64,000 bases of DNA from a virus. The number at the start of each line of letters is the position of its first letter. The stretch's first letter is position 1. Below the pieces are notes generated by a model. The model did not search any database. It had not been told where the DNA came from and worked only from the letters and a program-made list of their open reading frames with translations. The stretch covers positions 54,977 to 118,976 of IMG/VR virus record IMGVR_UViG_3300026533_000002, one strand, 5' to 3'. The position numbers and the translations under genes were made by a program. This document shows, one piece after another, positions 19,903-29,675 of the stretch.

Positions 19903-20733
19903 TTAAGCAGCTATATATTTAGCTACTATAGAGTTTAACAACTCTTCTTCTTCTAATGAATTATCAAGTGTAACTACTCCTTCCAGAGTATTAACTGCTT
20001 GGCCATACCCACTTTCCAACTTATCACCATACATAACTTCATCTATCTTAAACATCAATCGTCTAAGGAATGAAGGGTATATAACTCTAGCAATAGTAGA
20101 TATGTTTACATAATCATCATAACCTTTAACTACTGTACCTAAGTAGCTGTGTCTACCATCAGTAGATACATTCTTAGATATAGAAGATACTATGAGTTTA
20201 ATCTTATGGCCTCTCTTCTCTAAAGCTATAACTACTGCTATTACTTTACAGAATGCATCTATAATAGTATCAGTAGATTTACTACCTGATACAGCTATAT
20301 TAACATTAAGCTCATAATAGTGGTCTATATACTTCTTATTAGCCTGTAGATAACATTCTGGATCACCTTCAATAAGTTTACCTATATCAAGTTCTAGTCC
20401 TTCAACATCGTAGTGATAATCTTCTACTATCCAACTAGTTAGTAAACCTTTCTTCTTAAGATTATTTCTAATCTTATTCTCAATAGACTCAATACGAGTG
20501 TTTACTTCTACAGGAGGTTCTCCATTTGGATACATTATTAGATCTAATGCCTCATCAAATGAGTTAGTCCCTGTAAACGAGTAGTCATTATCTTTAGAGG
20601 ATGTTCTATATGTCTCATTATCTTTTACACTTAATAGGTAGCTACTTAAAGCTCTTATATTTCTAAACTCTTTTATATCAAGTTTACTAATATCTATACC
20701 TACGTCACTATACTGTTTAGTCGTAATCTCCAT
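19903..20733 (-). CDS. vWA-like protein, probable partner of the CbbQ/CobS-like ATPase
   Basis: DVEG..LDI...GDPEC, NIAVSGS, LEKRG, PSFLRRLMF, GYG. Confidence 0.65.
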   Translation of the reverse strand: MEITTKQYSDVGIDISKLDIKEFRNIRALSSYLLSVKDNETYRTSSKDNDYSFTGTNSFDEALDLIMYPNGEPPVEVNTRIESIENKIRNNLKKKGLLTSWIVEDYHYDVEGLELDIGKLIEGDPECYLQANKKYIDHYYELNVNIAVSGSKSTDTIIDAFCKVIAVVIALEKRGHKIKLIVSSISKNVSTDGRHSYLGTVVKGYDDYVNISTIARVIYPSFLRRLMFKIDEVMYGDKLESGYGQAVNTLEGVVTLDNSLEEEELLNSIVAKYIAA

Positions 20734-21139
20734 TCTTTATCCTTTTAATTAAACCATTTACTCTAGCAATAAGTAGTAATGTACTTTCTTTAGGTGTAGA
20801 GAAATTCATAGTTGATACTACTTTATCGTTATACTTAATTTTAAATCCATGGTACCATGAGCTAATACATCTATCAAGATTGTTAGCATCTATATTGTAG
20901 TTAGTGTATAAGTACGCTTCCAAAGATTCAGTACCTACCAATAAGTAGTAACTGTCTTCACCTGGCACTTTATAAAGTCTTACACTATTATCAATGTATT
21001 CAGTAGCATAACCTAATTCTCTAGCGTCTACTTTTAAGTTAGTACCATGTCCTTTAAAGCAATGTTTACTACCACTATCGTGGCTTGCTACTTCATATAG
21101 TCTTCCTTTATAAAGTACAGTTGCTCCTGTTTCAAACAT
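20717..21139 (-). CDS. paralog family member (two-domain form)
   Basis: YKGRLY, GH, VRLY, YLLVGTE, NYNI, NL, VN..I shared with the two adjacent genes. Confidence 0.75.
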   Translation of the reverse strand: MFETGATVLYKGRLYEVASHDSGSKHCFKGHGTNLKVDARELGYATEYIDNSVRLYKVPGEDSYYLLVGTESLEAYLYTNYNIDANNLDRCISSWYHGFKIKYNDKVVSTMNFSTPKESTLLLIARVNGLIKRIKNGDYD

Positions 21140-21528
21140 TATCCCTCCTTTAGTAGTTTATTAACTAAAGCTACAAACTTAATCAGATTCTCCCTAGGCT
21201 TCCCTTGTACGAATTCTATAGAGTAAGTGTAGCCTTCGTACGATACTTGGAAGCTCTCATATCCTCTATATAGATTTTTATGCAAGTTATGTGAAACTAG
21301 TTTATACTTACTAGATAAGTAGCGACTAAAATCTTCAGTGCCATACAAAGCATACCATTCATCTTCTTCACCATAAAGTCTTACAGCATCTATAAACTCT
21401 GTGTCTACTACCTCACATAGACTTCTATCAACTGCTTTTCCGTGACCAATTAAATCAAAGAATGCACCATCAGCCATACATTCAGCTTTATACAGCCTAC
21501 CTATATACCTAACTACTACAGTTCCCAT
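21139..21528 (-). CDS. paralog family member (two-domain form)
   Basis: YIGRLY, GH, VRLY, YALYGTEDF, NL, VNKL. Confidence 0.75.
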   Translation of the reverse strand: MGTVVVRYIGRLYKAECMADGAFFDLIGHGKAVDRSLCEVVDTEFIDAVRLYGEEDEWYALYGTEDFSRYLSSKYKLVSHNLHKNLYRGYESFQVSYEGYTYSIEFVQGKPRENLIKFVALVNKLLKEG

Positions 21529-21952
21529 ATTTACCTGCTTTTATATCTCTAACGATACTATTAACTTTATTTAGTAGCATACTAATATTGCCAACTACAT
21601 TATTTTCCATAAAGTCTAATTTATCATAACTATCATCTGGTAAAGTAATATTAAATCCACTGTGACCTAAAGCTATACATTCGTTTAGGTTAGGCGCATA
21701 TATGTTATATTTGTTATTGATATATGCTTCAAAATCCTCAGTACCATATAGTAGGTAGCCCTTATTACTGTCACTAAAAAAGTACCATCTCACATCATCT
21801 GTTAGGGCTAACGGAGTCTTCTGTAAATCATCTATAGGAGCAGTTAAAGCAATATGACCTTCAAACTCACATAAGTATTGGTGATTGATATTCTTTATCC
21901 TGTAAAGCCTATCTCTATAGAGGACTGTCGACCCTATTTTAAAGAGAGACAT
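21509..21952 (-). CDS. paralog family member (two-domain form)
   Basis: YRDRLY, GH, VRWY, YLLYGTEDF, YNI, NL, VNSI. Confidence 0.75.
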   Translation of the reverse strand: MSLFKIGSTVLYRDRLYRIKNINHQYLCEFEGHIALTAPIDDLQKTPLALTDDVRWYFFSDSNKGYLLYGTEDFEAYINNKYNIYAPNLNECIALGHSGFNITLPDDSYDKLDFMENNVVGNISMLLNKVNSIVRDIKAGKYGNCSS

Positions 21953-22792
21953 CTAATCTTCTTTAAAGTAGAACGTGTCACCCTCTGAGTAACCTTCAGG
22001 TATCTCTCCATTAGAAGTATACTCAGTACTCGTAGTATCCTCAGCAGGAACTTCTGCCTCTTCAATAGGATCAAATAACTTACTAACAATACCGTTTAAT
22101 TGACTACCATCTACTTCTCTAAACATAGTAGACTCAGCAGCTTCTTTATTATCTATACCAATATCTACTAATGCTTTATAAGATAGAGCATCTCTCATAG
22201 ATAAGTTCTCGTAACCTAATTTAAACATCTCTTTACGAGCAGATTTAACTATGTTATCTAACTCTTCATTACCAATGATACTAGTCTCTAACTCTTCATC
22301 TAATCCCCACTTAATAACTAAGAACCTAGTTAGAAATGATGTATCTAACTTACTTCTAGAAGAGTAACCACTATCAGTTGAACCATAAGTATTAGCAGTA
22401 GCTATAAGTACAAAGTCTTTATGTCTCTTAACCATTCTACCTGCAAATACTCCATGTGAACCTGCAATAGCAGCATTAAGTGCAAGTAATGTATTCTTAT
22501 TACCAGCATCACATTCTTCTAATACGAATACTCCACCTTCTTGGTAGAACTTACCTAACAAACTATCAGATATCTGACCATCTGGAGTTCTAAAACCTAA
22601 TAGCCCAGATACAGTAGTCTGCTGTGTCATTGGTAAATAACCAAACTTAAGCCCTAACTCTCCTGCTAATATCTCTGCTGATTTAGATTTACTACTTCCA
22701 GCTTCTCCTATTAACATAATAGGTAATCTTAAACCTTCTGCATTTCTAGCCTCTGTATACTTTACTAACTTATTATATTCTTTATGCTGCAT
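21953..22792 (-). CDS. CbbQ/NorQ/CobS-like AAA+ ATPase
   Basis: GEAGSSKS, GGVFVLEECD, LN, RHKDFVLIATANTYG, LDTSFLTRF. Confidence 0.88.
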   Translation of the reverse strand: MQHKEYNKLVKYTEARNAEGLRLPIMLIGEAGSSKSKSAEILAGELGLKFGYLPMTQQTTVSGLLGFRTPDGQISDSLLGKFYQEGGVFVLEECDAGNKNTLLALNAAIAGSHGVFAGRMVKRHKDFVLIATANTYGSTDSGYSSRSKLDTSFLTRFLVIKWGLDEELETSIIGNEELDNIVKSARKEMFKLGYENLSMRDALSYKALVDIGIDNKEAAESTMFREVDGSQLNGIVSKLFDPIEEAEVPAEDTTSTEYTSNGEIPEGYSEGDTFYFKED

Positions 22793-22803
22793 TGTTTATC
22801 CTT

Positions 22804-23115
22804 TTATTTAATGTAAATTTTTACTATATGGTTTAGCATCTCAACCACTGCTTTTACTGATTCTTTAAGAGTTGGTTTACTAGTACTGTAACTATGCAAT
22901 ATTAAATAGCCTGGTACATATCTGTCAGTTGATAATAGTAAGTTACTATTTGAACCCATATACAGATATGTCTTCTCAGAGTTAATTGCATTAGACAAAG
23001 CTACTTACAGGCCTCTAATACCTGAGACTGCTTTATGAAGATGAATACTTTTACCGTTACATATAATAAACATCTCAAAGTTGTCTCCTAGTCTATAGGT
23101 CACAGCTTCAGGCAT
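22804..23115 (-). pseudogene. 103-codon paralog interrupted by an in-frame TAA
   Basis: ATG at 23115 with AAGGA RBS is in frame with ORF 22804..22998; TAA at 23005-23007; same length as neighbouring 103-aa paralogs. Confidence 0.6.
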
Positions 23116-23419
23116 TATTTATCCTTTTATGTTCTTTTATCATTCTATTAAGTAACTTAATTATTTCTACTGCTCTAACTTTTATATCCTTACCTGCTAA
23201 AGGGTACTCTATAGCTCCTAAAAAATACTTATGCCTTACCTCACTATTATTTGCCGATACTGTGTAGTATATAGCATTACAAAAAGAATTGAGAGCTGTG
23301 TCAGTCACAGATAGTCCTTGTATAAAGTCTAAATGCTTAGAGTCTTCTATTAGAATGTCTCCACCAGTAACTAAACCCTTTTTACCATTAAAGTATGGTT
23401 TAAGTCTTACTGCTTCCAT
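23108..23419 (-). CDS. small paralog-like protein
   Basis: 103 aa, C-terminal LLNRMIK helix. Confidence 0.6.
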   Translation of the reverse strand: MEAVRLKPYFNGKKGLVTGGDILIEDSKHLDFIQGLSVTDTALNSFCNAIYYTVSANNSEVRHKYFLGAIEYPLAGKDIKVRAVEIIKLLNRMIKEHKRINNA

Positions 23420-23464
23420 ACTGATCCTTTTATTTAATCTTATAGACCCTAAGGCCTATAGCAG

Positions 23465-23893
23465 TTATAGTAAAGTATTACCTTCGGAGTTTACATTACT
23501 TAACCAGTAAGTAGCTCCTAGTAATGTACTATTAGTTGAAATCTCTCTAGCTAACTCTGCATTAAGAGAATAGTTTTCATCAACTGCAGAACAGTTAACT
23601 ACACATTTACGATGTTCTCTACCAATGATAACTAGTAATGACTCTTCATCTAGTACAGACATAGGCATACTACCTTCAACAGTATCATACTTAGCATCTT
23701 TATTAGCTTTTAAAGCTCCTTTACTAGTACCTTTATAGGCTGCTACAGCACCTTTAATAGCTTTAGTAATACTAGCAATAGCTTCATCAATATTCTTACC
23801 TTTACGGGCTTTACTGATAGCTTTATTAAGCTGTACTGATAGTCTTACATTCTTTTTACTTGACTCTACATTTGATTTGATAGTTGGTTCCAT
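23465..23893 (-). CDS. basic hypothetical protein
   Basis: K/A-rich N-terminal half, AAGGA RBS. Confidence 0.6.
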   Translation of the reverse strand: MEPTIKSNVESSKKNVRLSVQLNKAISKARKGKNIDEAIASITKAIKGAVAAYKGTSKGALKANKDAKYDTVEGSMPMSVLDEESLLVIIGREHRKCVVNCSAVDENYSLNAELAREISTNSTLLGATYWLSNVNSEGNTLL

Positions 23894-23959
23894 TTTATTT
23901 CCTTTTGGTTAATTTAATACTGAGTTTCCTCACCTTAGTAGTGGTTGTTTCCTCTTACA

Positions 23960-24271
23960 TCATTTAGCTGGGAGTTGTTTTATATGTCTCATAATGCTAT
24001 TCAATCTATAGACTATTGCTTTAGGACCATCTACTGCAAATATCTCATACTCGTCATAACAAGCCATATCATTATTAGTTAAGACTTCTACAAACTCTAT
24101 AATTCTAGGAGTATCCTTAGAATGAAGTATGAATCTAATGTCACTAAGCTCAGCATCACAATGTAAAGTTACGTCATATACTTCTTTTAGGTAACCTTTG
24201 AGTCCTTGCACATAATTCGTTAAATGTACTACTATTCTACCGCTACTATTGCTTTTTGATAATCTTACCAT
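23960..24271 (-). CDS. small paralog family member
   Basis: L..YL...Y, IE, LNSIMRHIK. Confidence 0.65.
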   Translation of the reverse strand: MVRLSKSNSSGRIVVHLTNYVQGLKGYLKEVYDVTLHCDAELSDIRFILHSKDTPRIIEFVEVLTNNDMACYDEYEIFAVDGPKAIVYRLNSIMRHIKQLPAK

Positions 24272-24582
24272 TACCTATGACCCCAATAGGCTGCTATCTT
24301 TCTGGTAGCTAAGTTTAAGGCTTTTACATGGTCTTTTATGCCTATTATCGTATAAGTGTTGTGTATGCGGTAGCGGAAAATAGTATCAGAGAATTTATTA
24401 ACTACTTCTATACGTCTATCCTTCGGATCTACTAACAGATAACCTTGCTCATCCCATTCCATTTCTTTATGAGAATATTCTATATTAAAGTGTTCTCTTA
24501 GATACTCAGCAATAAGTGTCCTTTTCCCTGTTACTAGTACATAAGGTGTTCCCCAAGTACCTCTCATTACCTGAATCACCAT
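24271..24582 (-). CDS. small paralog family member
   Basis: G.PYV, YL, DRRIE, NTYT, ALNLATRKI. Confidence 0.7.
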   Translation of the reverse strand: MVIQVMRGTWGTPYVLVTGKRTLIAEYLREHFNIEYSHKEMEWDEQGYLLVDPKDRRIEVVNKFSDTIFRYRIHNTYTIIGIKDHVKALNLATRKIAAYWGHR

Positions 24583-24878
24583 GACTCCTTAATCTTTCTA
24601 ATAGATGCATTTAATGCATGTGCTAGGTCGCTATAGGAGCAAACTGTATATGTGTTATAAGAGCTATAGCTATGACTCATTTCAGATAGCTTGTTAGTAA
24701 TCTCTATTCTTTTATCCCTAGCACTGACAGCTAGGAATACGAATTCATTCCAATTAGTACTATGTCTGTAGTTGCAATTTACTGTATGCTCTACATTTAA
24801 GTACCAATCTAAGTTTACTGTCTTACCACCTTCTACAACATAAGGCATACCTAAAGGACCTTTAATTAGTCGCAACAT
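24576..24878 (-). CDS. small paralog family member
   Basis: G.PYV, YL, DKRIE, NTYT, ALNASIRKIK. Confidence 0.7.
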   Translation of the reverse strand: MLRLIKGPLGMPYVVEGGKTVNLDWYLNVEHTVNCNYRHSTNWNEFVFLAVSARDKRIEITNKLSEMSHSYSSYNTYTVCSYSDLAHALNASIRKIKESW

Positions 24879-25162
24879 TTTAACTCCTTATCAGTAATAT
24901 GCTTAATAACCTTACCTAACTCTTCTAAGCTATAAGACTGTTCTAAATAGTCTATATCAAGTAACTTAAGTTCTTCTAGAGTCAATGATTGGTAACACTT
25001 AATAAGCTTCTTACTTTTATTGTAAGTAACTAAGTGATGTTTAGTATAGTCTAGTGTAGGTAGCCCTATAATCCTAATACCATAATTAATTAATAGGTAG
25101 ATTGGTAAAGGCATTCCATCACTAACCACAATACCTCTAAGGCTTAATCTATAAGGTAGCAT
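24866..25162 (-). CDS. small paralog-like protein
   Basis: L.IYL..NYGI, C-terminal helix. Confidence 0.55.
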   Translation of the reverse strand: MLPYRLSLRGIVVSDGMPLPIYLLINYGIRIIGLPTLDYTKHHLVTYNKSKKLIKCYQSLTLEELKLLDIDYLEQSYSLEELGKVIKHITDKELKCCD

Positions 25163-25469
25163 GGAACTTAGTATCTTTATTCACTCTTATAGCTTTGTTT
25201 AAACATTTTGTAAACTCTACAATCCCTTCAAACGAGCAGCTCCCTAAATAAGGAATTGAAGATTTAAAAGGTGAGTACTCTACAAGTACCATATTTACAC
25301 CTTCAAGCCTTACATAACCTTTAGTATGCTGATTAAAATGTCTGCCATTAGTTAAATTAATACCTAAGTAAGCATTAAAGTAATCTTCAAGGCTTATAGT
25401 GATAGGTGCAGACGGTTCTTTTAGTTTTACTAGTAGTCTGTGTTGTCTATTTAATATTAACTCTAACAT
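25149..25469 (-). CDS. small paralog-like protein
   Basis: LEDYF...GI, LNKAIR. Confidence 0.6.
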   Translation of the reverse strand: MLELILNRQHRLLVKLKEPSAPITISLEDYFNAYLGINLTNGRHFNQHTKGYVRLEGVNMVLVEYSPFKSSIPYLGSCSFEGIVEFTKCLNKAIRVNKDTKFHATL

Positions 25470-25472
25470 TTA

Positions 25473-25811
25473 TCACCTCTTTGGTCTTTTAAGTACCTTT
25501 AATATAATTAGCTTATTATTTAACTGTATATCAAGTACTGGAGGATCAAATAGATTAACAGGAGGTCTTAGTCTCTTAGTCAGCTTACCTTCTATAATTA
25601 GTCTTTGACCTGTTCTAAGTTTAGCTTTAACTAAGTCCTCTGACTCTACCCATACATGGTCTACAACAACTTTCTTATCTACAGTTAGCTTCTCTAAACA
25701 AGTTAGCTTAACACCATTAGCATGATTAACACCGTAAGCAGAGAAAGTACATAAATAAGTATCTTTCTTACCTAGCCTATCTTCTACTCCTAAGTATCTA
25801 TCCGTTACCAT
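25473..25811 (-). CDS. hypothetical protein, possible OB-fold
   Basis: DHVWV, L..G..L...G pattern. Confidence 0.55.
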   Translation of the reverse strand: MVTDRYLGVEDRLGKKDTYLCTFSAYGVNHANGVKLTCLEKLTVDKKVVVDHVWVESEDLVKAKLRTGQRLIIEGKLTKRLRPPVNLFDPPVLDIQLNNKLIILKVLKRPKR

Positions 25812-25950
25812 TATGTATTGCTAACAATGTAGCTGCTCTTGAAGGAGAATAGCCTAATGTAATAATACTACTAACTGTTGGTTCACTTCTTCTTAAAGGT
25901 CTACTTCTATTAGCAGATCTAGCTATCTTTAATTTCTTTCCTCTTCTCAT
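25798..25950 (-). CDS. small Arg-rich protein (50 aa)
   Basis: Not in track; AAGGAG RBS; MRRGKKLKIARSANRSRPLRR... Confidence 0.55.
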   Translation of the reverse strand: MRRGKKLKIARSANRSRPLRRSEPTVSSIITLGYSPSRAATLLAIHNGNG

Positions 25951-25983
25951 TGTTACTCCTTTTATTTTAATTAGAACTAGATA

Positions 25984-26379
25984 TTACTCTAGTTCTTTTA
26001 GTTCTTTCTTAATCTCTTTACGAGACATAGATAATACTGCTTCTTTCTCTTTATTATCAAGAGCATTTAACAATACTTCTTTACGAGCATTTAACTCATT
26101 AGCTCTCTTAGACTCAGCTATCTCTTTAAGTCTTGAGTCAATAATATGCTTAACAATACTAAACTTTAACTTAGTTATAGTATCTTCAGCCTTAGCTGCT
26201 TCAACAAAGCTAAGAGATACTTCTTCTAGCTCTTTGTGTAAGCCAACTGCTATTGAGTCTAAAGATACATTGCCTGATTGTAAAGGTAAGTCCCATAGGT
26301 CCTCAATTACCATATTACCTTTACTAGTGTTAAATCTAACCTTTAGTCTTGTTGCTTCTGCAAATATATTACTTTCCAT
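25984..26379 (-). CDS. conserved phage protein
   Basis: IF..ATR.K.RF...KG...EDLWDLPL; likely start MESN at 26379 after AAGGA. Confidence 0.75.
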   Translation of the reverse strand: MESNIFAEATRLKVRFNTSKGNMVIEDLWDLPLQSGNVSLDSIAVGLHKELEEVSLSFVEAAKAEDTITKLKFSIVKHIIDSRLKEIAESKRANELNARKEVLLNALDNKEKEAVLSMSRKEIKKELKELE

Positions 26380-26389
26380 TATAGTTCCT

Positions 26390-28357
26390 TTAAAACTTAA
26401 TTGTATATGGTCTACCATCTACTTTAACGGCTAACTCGTTTCTAACTGTACTACTAAATGCAATACCACTAATTTGCTCATCAGACTCTTCACATTTAAG
26501 TTTAGAACCTAATACTTCAAGTACTTTACGATGTTTATGTAAGTTATCACTTAAGAATTCATTATACAGTCCTCTAGTTTTATCTGGATTAATACAACCA
26601 TCTAGCATAAACATATAATGCTTATTACCAATCTCTTGATTACTCCAATAGTTAGGAGATAACATCATCATAGATACTTTATGGTATTGTTTAGTTTGTA
26701 CATTCCACTTAGTAGACGATACTTCAGAGCTAGGTAGTTTATGGTCAATAGTGATATTACCATTAGCAATAATAACTACAGCTACTGTAACATCCTTAGT
26801 GACTGACTTAGGGTAATCATAAGAATGTACTACTCCATCAATCTCTAGCTCTGCTCTAAATCCTTTAGTATTTCTACCGCTAAAATTATTCACATAGAAC
26901 TTATAAGTACCATCTTTCAGCGTAGACTTAGTATCCCAAGTTATGTTCTCTACTGCATCTTTATCTCCTGGAGCAATGATATCTACATCAAGTCTATCTA
27001 ACTTATTACCGTAGTAGATATGGTTAGTAGGGCAATCACAATGAGCATCTAAATCATTGTGGCTATCCTCTCTATCCTCATTCCATAGTATAGTAAATCT
27101 TAAGAATCCTTCAGCATTACCTCCTGCTCTCTTAACCTTCTCTTTCATTGAGTCAGTTACTTCACCATTGTAAGACCAAGTAAAATTATTATCCCATTTA
27201 AGAATGTTTGGTGATTCACTATTAATAGGTGCTACTACACTGCATAAGTTACTGATATGCTTGTTATCTAACATAGTTTCAATAGTAGAAGCTTTAGGTA
27301 CAACAGTATCAATGAAGGTGTCAATACTTATAACAGTCGAGTTAGCACCTACCTTAGATATAGTACTAGAACCTAGAATACTGGCTAGCGAGCCTTTATC
27401 AGCCATGCTAGTACTCTTATCTGCAAAGATAACATCATTAATACTCACATCAGTAGATTTAGCATAACGTCTATGTAATGACTCTTCTATACCTAATTCA
27501 TTAATAGTTTTAATAGCCTCATCAGTCATTCTTTTAGTTATAATAGAACTACTTCTCTTATAATTACTAGGAGCAGTCTTACTTTCATAAGATTTAACTG
27601 CTGTCTCCACATCGGTACCTTTAGATAAATCTAATAGTAATGTACCTATTACACTGTTTCTAATCCCTGTACCAGGTTCAAATACTGTATCCCAGTAGTA
27701 AGTACTATTACCAGTAAACTTAGCTTGTAGGGCTTTAAATGAACGCACACCTGCTATAAATTCTGTACCTTTATATAAGTTATCAGCTTCAACTAAATCA
27801 ATAACAGTATCTAAACTGTCAGGAGTTATCTCTTCTAAAGCTCTCTTATATGAAGTAACTCTGCCTCTAATAACAGACTTCTTAGTAGGACCATCAGGAG
27901 CTACATATTTACTAGGAATAGTACAAGCAAAGTGATTCCATTTTACTTCTTTATGCTCTCCATTAGAATCTAACTCATCTAGTATCTGTATATTAGAATG
28001 CTTAGATACTTTATGCTCATAATGGATAAACACATCTTCTATATCAGCTGACTTAATTAATTCAGATAATGCTTTAGCTACTGGGTTATAAATACCGTTA
28101 GCATTAACATCCCAAATAGATACTAACTCTCCATCTTTAATAGAGACTACATTACCAATAGCTTTTATAAACTGTCTACAATGCTGACAGTCATGCTCAG
28201 TTCTTTCTTTATAGATAGGATTAGTACCTACCTCGAACGCTTCTAAGTAAGTCTCCCATACTTTATCTTTACTAATACTTACTATATATAACTGTTCTTT
28301 ACTCATTTTATTAAATTGTATCTCTACTTGTTGAGAGAATTCTGTAAACTTTGACAT
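26390..28357 (-). CDS. conserved large phage protein with C-terminal YfaP/DUF2135-like domain
   Basis: EHDCQHCRQFI, WNHF, AP.NYKR, DLDAHC, LDVDI, AVENITW, SPNYW, GNKH. Confidence 0.8.
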   Translation of the reverse strand: MSKFTEFSQQVEIQFNKMSKEQLYIVSISKDKVWETYLEAFEVGTNPIYKERTEHDCQHCRQFIKAIGNVVSIKDGELVSIWDVNANGIYNPVAKALSELIKSADIEDVFIHYEHKVSKHSNIQILDELDSNGEHKEVKWNHFACTIPSKYVAPDGPTKKSVIRGRVTSYKRALEEITPDSLDTVIDLVEADNLYKGTEFIAGVRSFKALQAKFTGNSTYYWDTVFEPGTGIRNSVIGTLLLDLSKGTDVETAVKSYESKTAPSNYKRSSSIITKRMTDEAIKTINELGIEESLHRRYAKSTDVSINDVIFADKSTSMADKGSLASILGSSTISKVGANSTVISIDTFIDTVVPKASTIETMLDNKHISNLCSVVAPINSESPNILKWDNNFTWSYNGEVTDSMKEKVKRAGGNAEGFLRFTILWNEDREDSHNDLDAHCDCPTNHIYYGNKLDRLDVDIIAPGDKDAVENITWDTKSTLKDGTYKFYVNNFSGRNTKGFRAELEIDGVVHSYDYPKSVTKDVTVAVVIIANGNITIDHKLPSSEVSSTKWNVQTKQYHKVSMMMLSPNYWSNQEIGNKHYMFMLDGCINPDKTRGLYNEFLSDNLHKHRKVLEVLGSKLKCEESDEQISGIAFSSTVRNELAVKVDGRPYTIKF

Positions 28358-28358
28358 A

Positions 28359-28604
28359 TTATTTCCTTTTATTTAATTTACTATCTATACACTTCTGTGC
28401 GAGTAAGTTTAGTACTAATATACTTACTATAGCCGCTACTTCTGCTCTCACTACAAGCCAACTTACGTCAAACCGTATAAATATAATAGCGATACCTAAT
28501 AGTACAACAGTTACTAGTAGAGTGTGCAGTACTTGATATAGTACTTCAACTTCTAGTTCACATGTATCTTCTGTGCTCTTCAATTTAAAGTGTTCTAATA
28601 ACAT
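28359..28604 (-). CDS. two-TM membrane protein
   Basis: Hydrophobic helices. Confidence 0.5.
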   Translation of the reverse strand: MLLEHFKLKSTEDTCELEVEVLYQVLHTLLVTVVLLGIAIIFIRFDVSWLVVRAEVAAIVSILVLNLLAQKCIDSKLNKRK

Positions 28605-28621
28605 CTTAATTCTTTTATTTT

Positions 28622-28852
28622 AAATGTAGGGATTCTAACCCTACTCTAAACTCTAGTTAAGTCTGACATTAAATGTCACCCCATTCTGATGTTTTCACCA
28701 AAACCTCCTTAATTAACTTATCAGAGCTTTACGACATTCCCTACTCTGATGTGATGAGCATATGTTTGGCTCAAAGGACTACTCACGATATTAGTAGTAT
28801 CCAGAAGTTCTCAGCCACACTCTACTAAAGCTTACTGAGCAGTTTGCTCATC
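28622..28852 (-). ncRNA. candidate multi-hairpin ncRNA ending in a T-arm-like hairpin
   Basis: At least six hairpins; terminal GTAGGG-TTAGAAT-CCCTAC (28626-28644). Confidence 0.45.
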
Positions 28853-29476
28853 TTACACTCCTAACTTAGCTCTAAGTTCTTTCATTCTATCACTTAAGTG
28901 CTCTTCAGGAAATGCTTTATAGTGGTTATACTCTGGACCTCCTAGTGTACCGTCTGCATAAAACACACACTTGTTAATAGCGTCATAAATTCCAATACCC
29001 TCGTACATCCAGTCATCTTCATCCCGGAATAGTACAGCTTGAGTATGGAATAAATCTCTTTCTTTATCATAAGGAAGTTCAACCCATCCATCAGCCTTTA
29101 CCAAGTAATCAATAGAGATGCTTTCATCTATAGCACCAAGCCTCCATTCCTCTGATTTACCAACAACAACACACTCACTTACAAATTTAGATGTAAACTT
29201 CCACACTAAACCATTATGATTACATCTAAAGAATCTAGGGTATTCTACTTCTTCATAAGATAAGTCTAACATCCAATCAGTAATAGATAGTATAGAAGTC
29301 TCAGTCTCATGAAAGTACCCACCAGCTACTACTTCCACATCAATAACTTTACCACATAGATCCTTCATCTCATGTAAGAATACACTCCTTTCATCGCCTT
29401 CCATAACTCTCATTTTATTACTACCTTTAGTAGTCTTACATTTAATCTCTTTCCAACTTAATACTTTTACTTTCAT
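28853..29476 (-). CDS. hypothetical protein
   Basis: 207 aa, AAGGA RBS. Confidence 0.65.
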   Translation of the reverse strand: MKVKVLSWKEIKCKTTKGSNKMRVMEGDERSVFLHEMKDLCGKVIDVEVVAGGYFHETETSILSITDWMLDLSYEEVEYPRFFRCNHNGLVWKFTSKFVSECVVVGKSEEWRLGAIDESISIDYLVKADGWVELPYDKERDLFHTQAVLFRDEDDWMYEGIGIYDAINKCVFYADGTLGGPEYNHYKAFPEEHLSDRMKELRAKLGV

Positions 29477-29675
29477 TTCTTATCCTTTTAATCTCTACAC
29501 AACTTAATATGTTTAGTTTCTTATCTGACATGTAAACAACTCTTCTATAATCTTCAATAGGGTCATTAGCTTTAACCTTACTCCACACTTCTCCATTAAT
29601 ACAGATACCTTTAACAGTGACTGTATTACTTGGACTAAGTGTTAACATAGTGCTAACTAGTAGTATGAACTTCAT
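29442..29675 (-). CDS. small protein with possible signal peptide
   Basis: Hydrophobic N-terminus. Confidence 0.45.
   Translation of the reverse strand: MKFILLVSTMLTLSPSNTVTVKGICINGEVWSKVKANDPIEDYRRVVYMSDKKLNILSCVEIKRIRNESKSIKLERD

Noticed and set aside
7172-28852. Canonical tRNA or tmRNA genes at the T-arm-like hairpins
   Set aside because: No D-arm/anticodon cloverleaf or tmRNA ends could be built; kept only as ncRNA candidates
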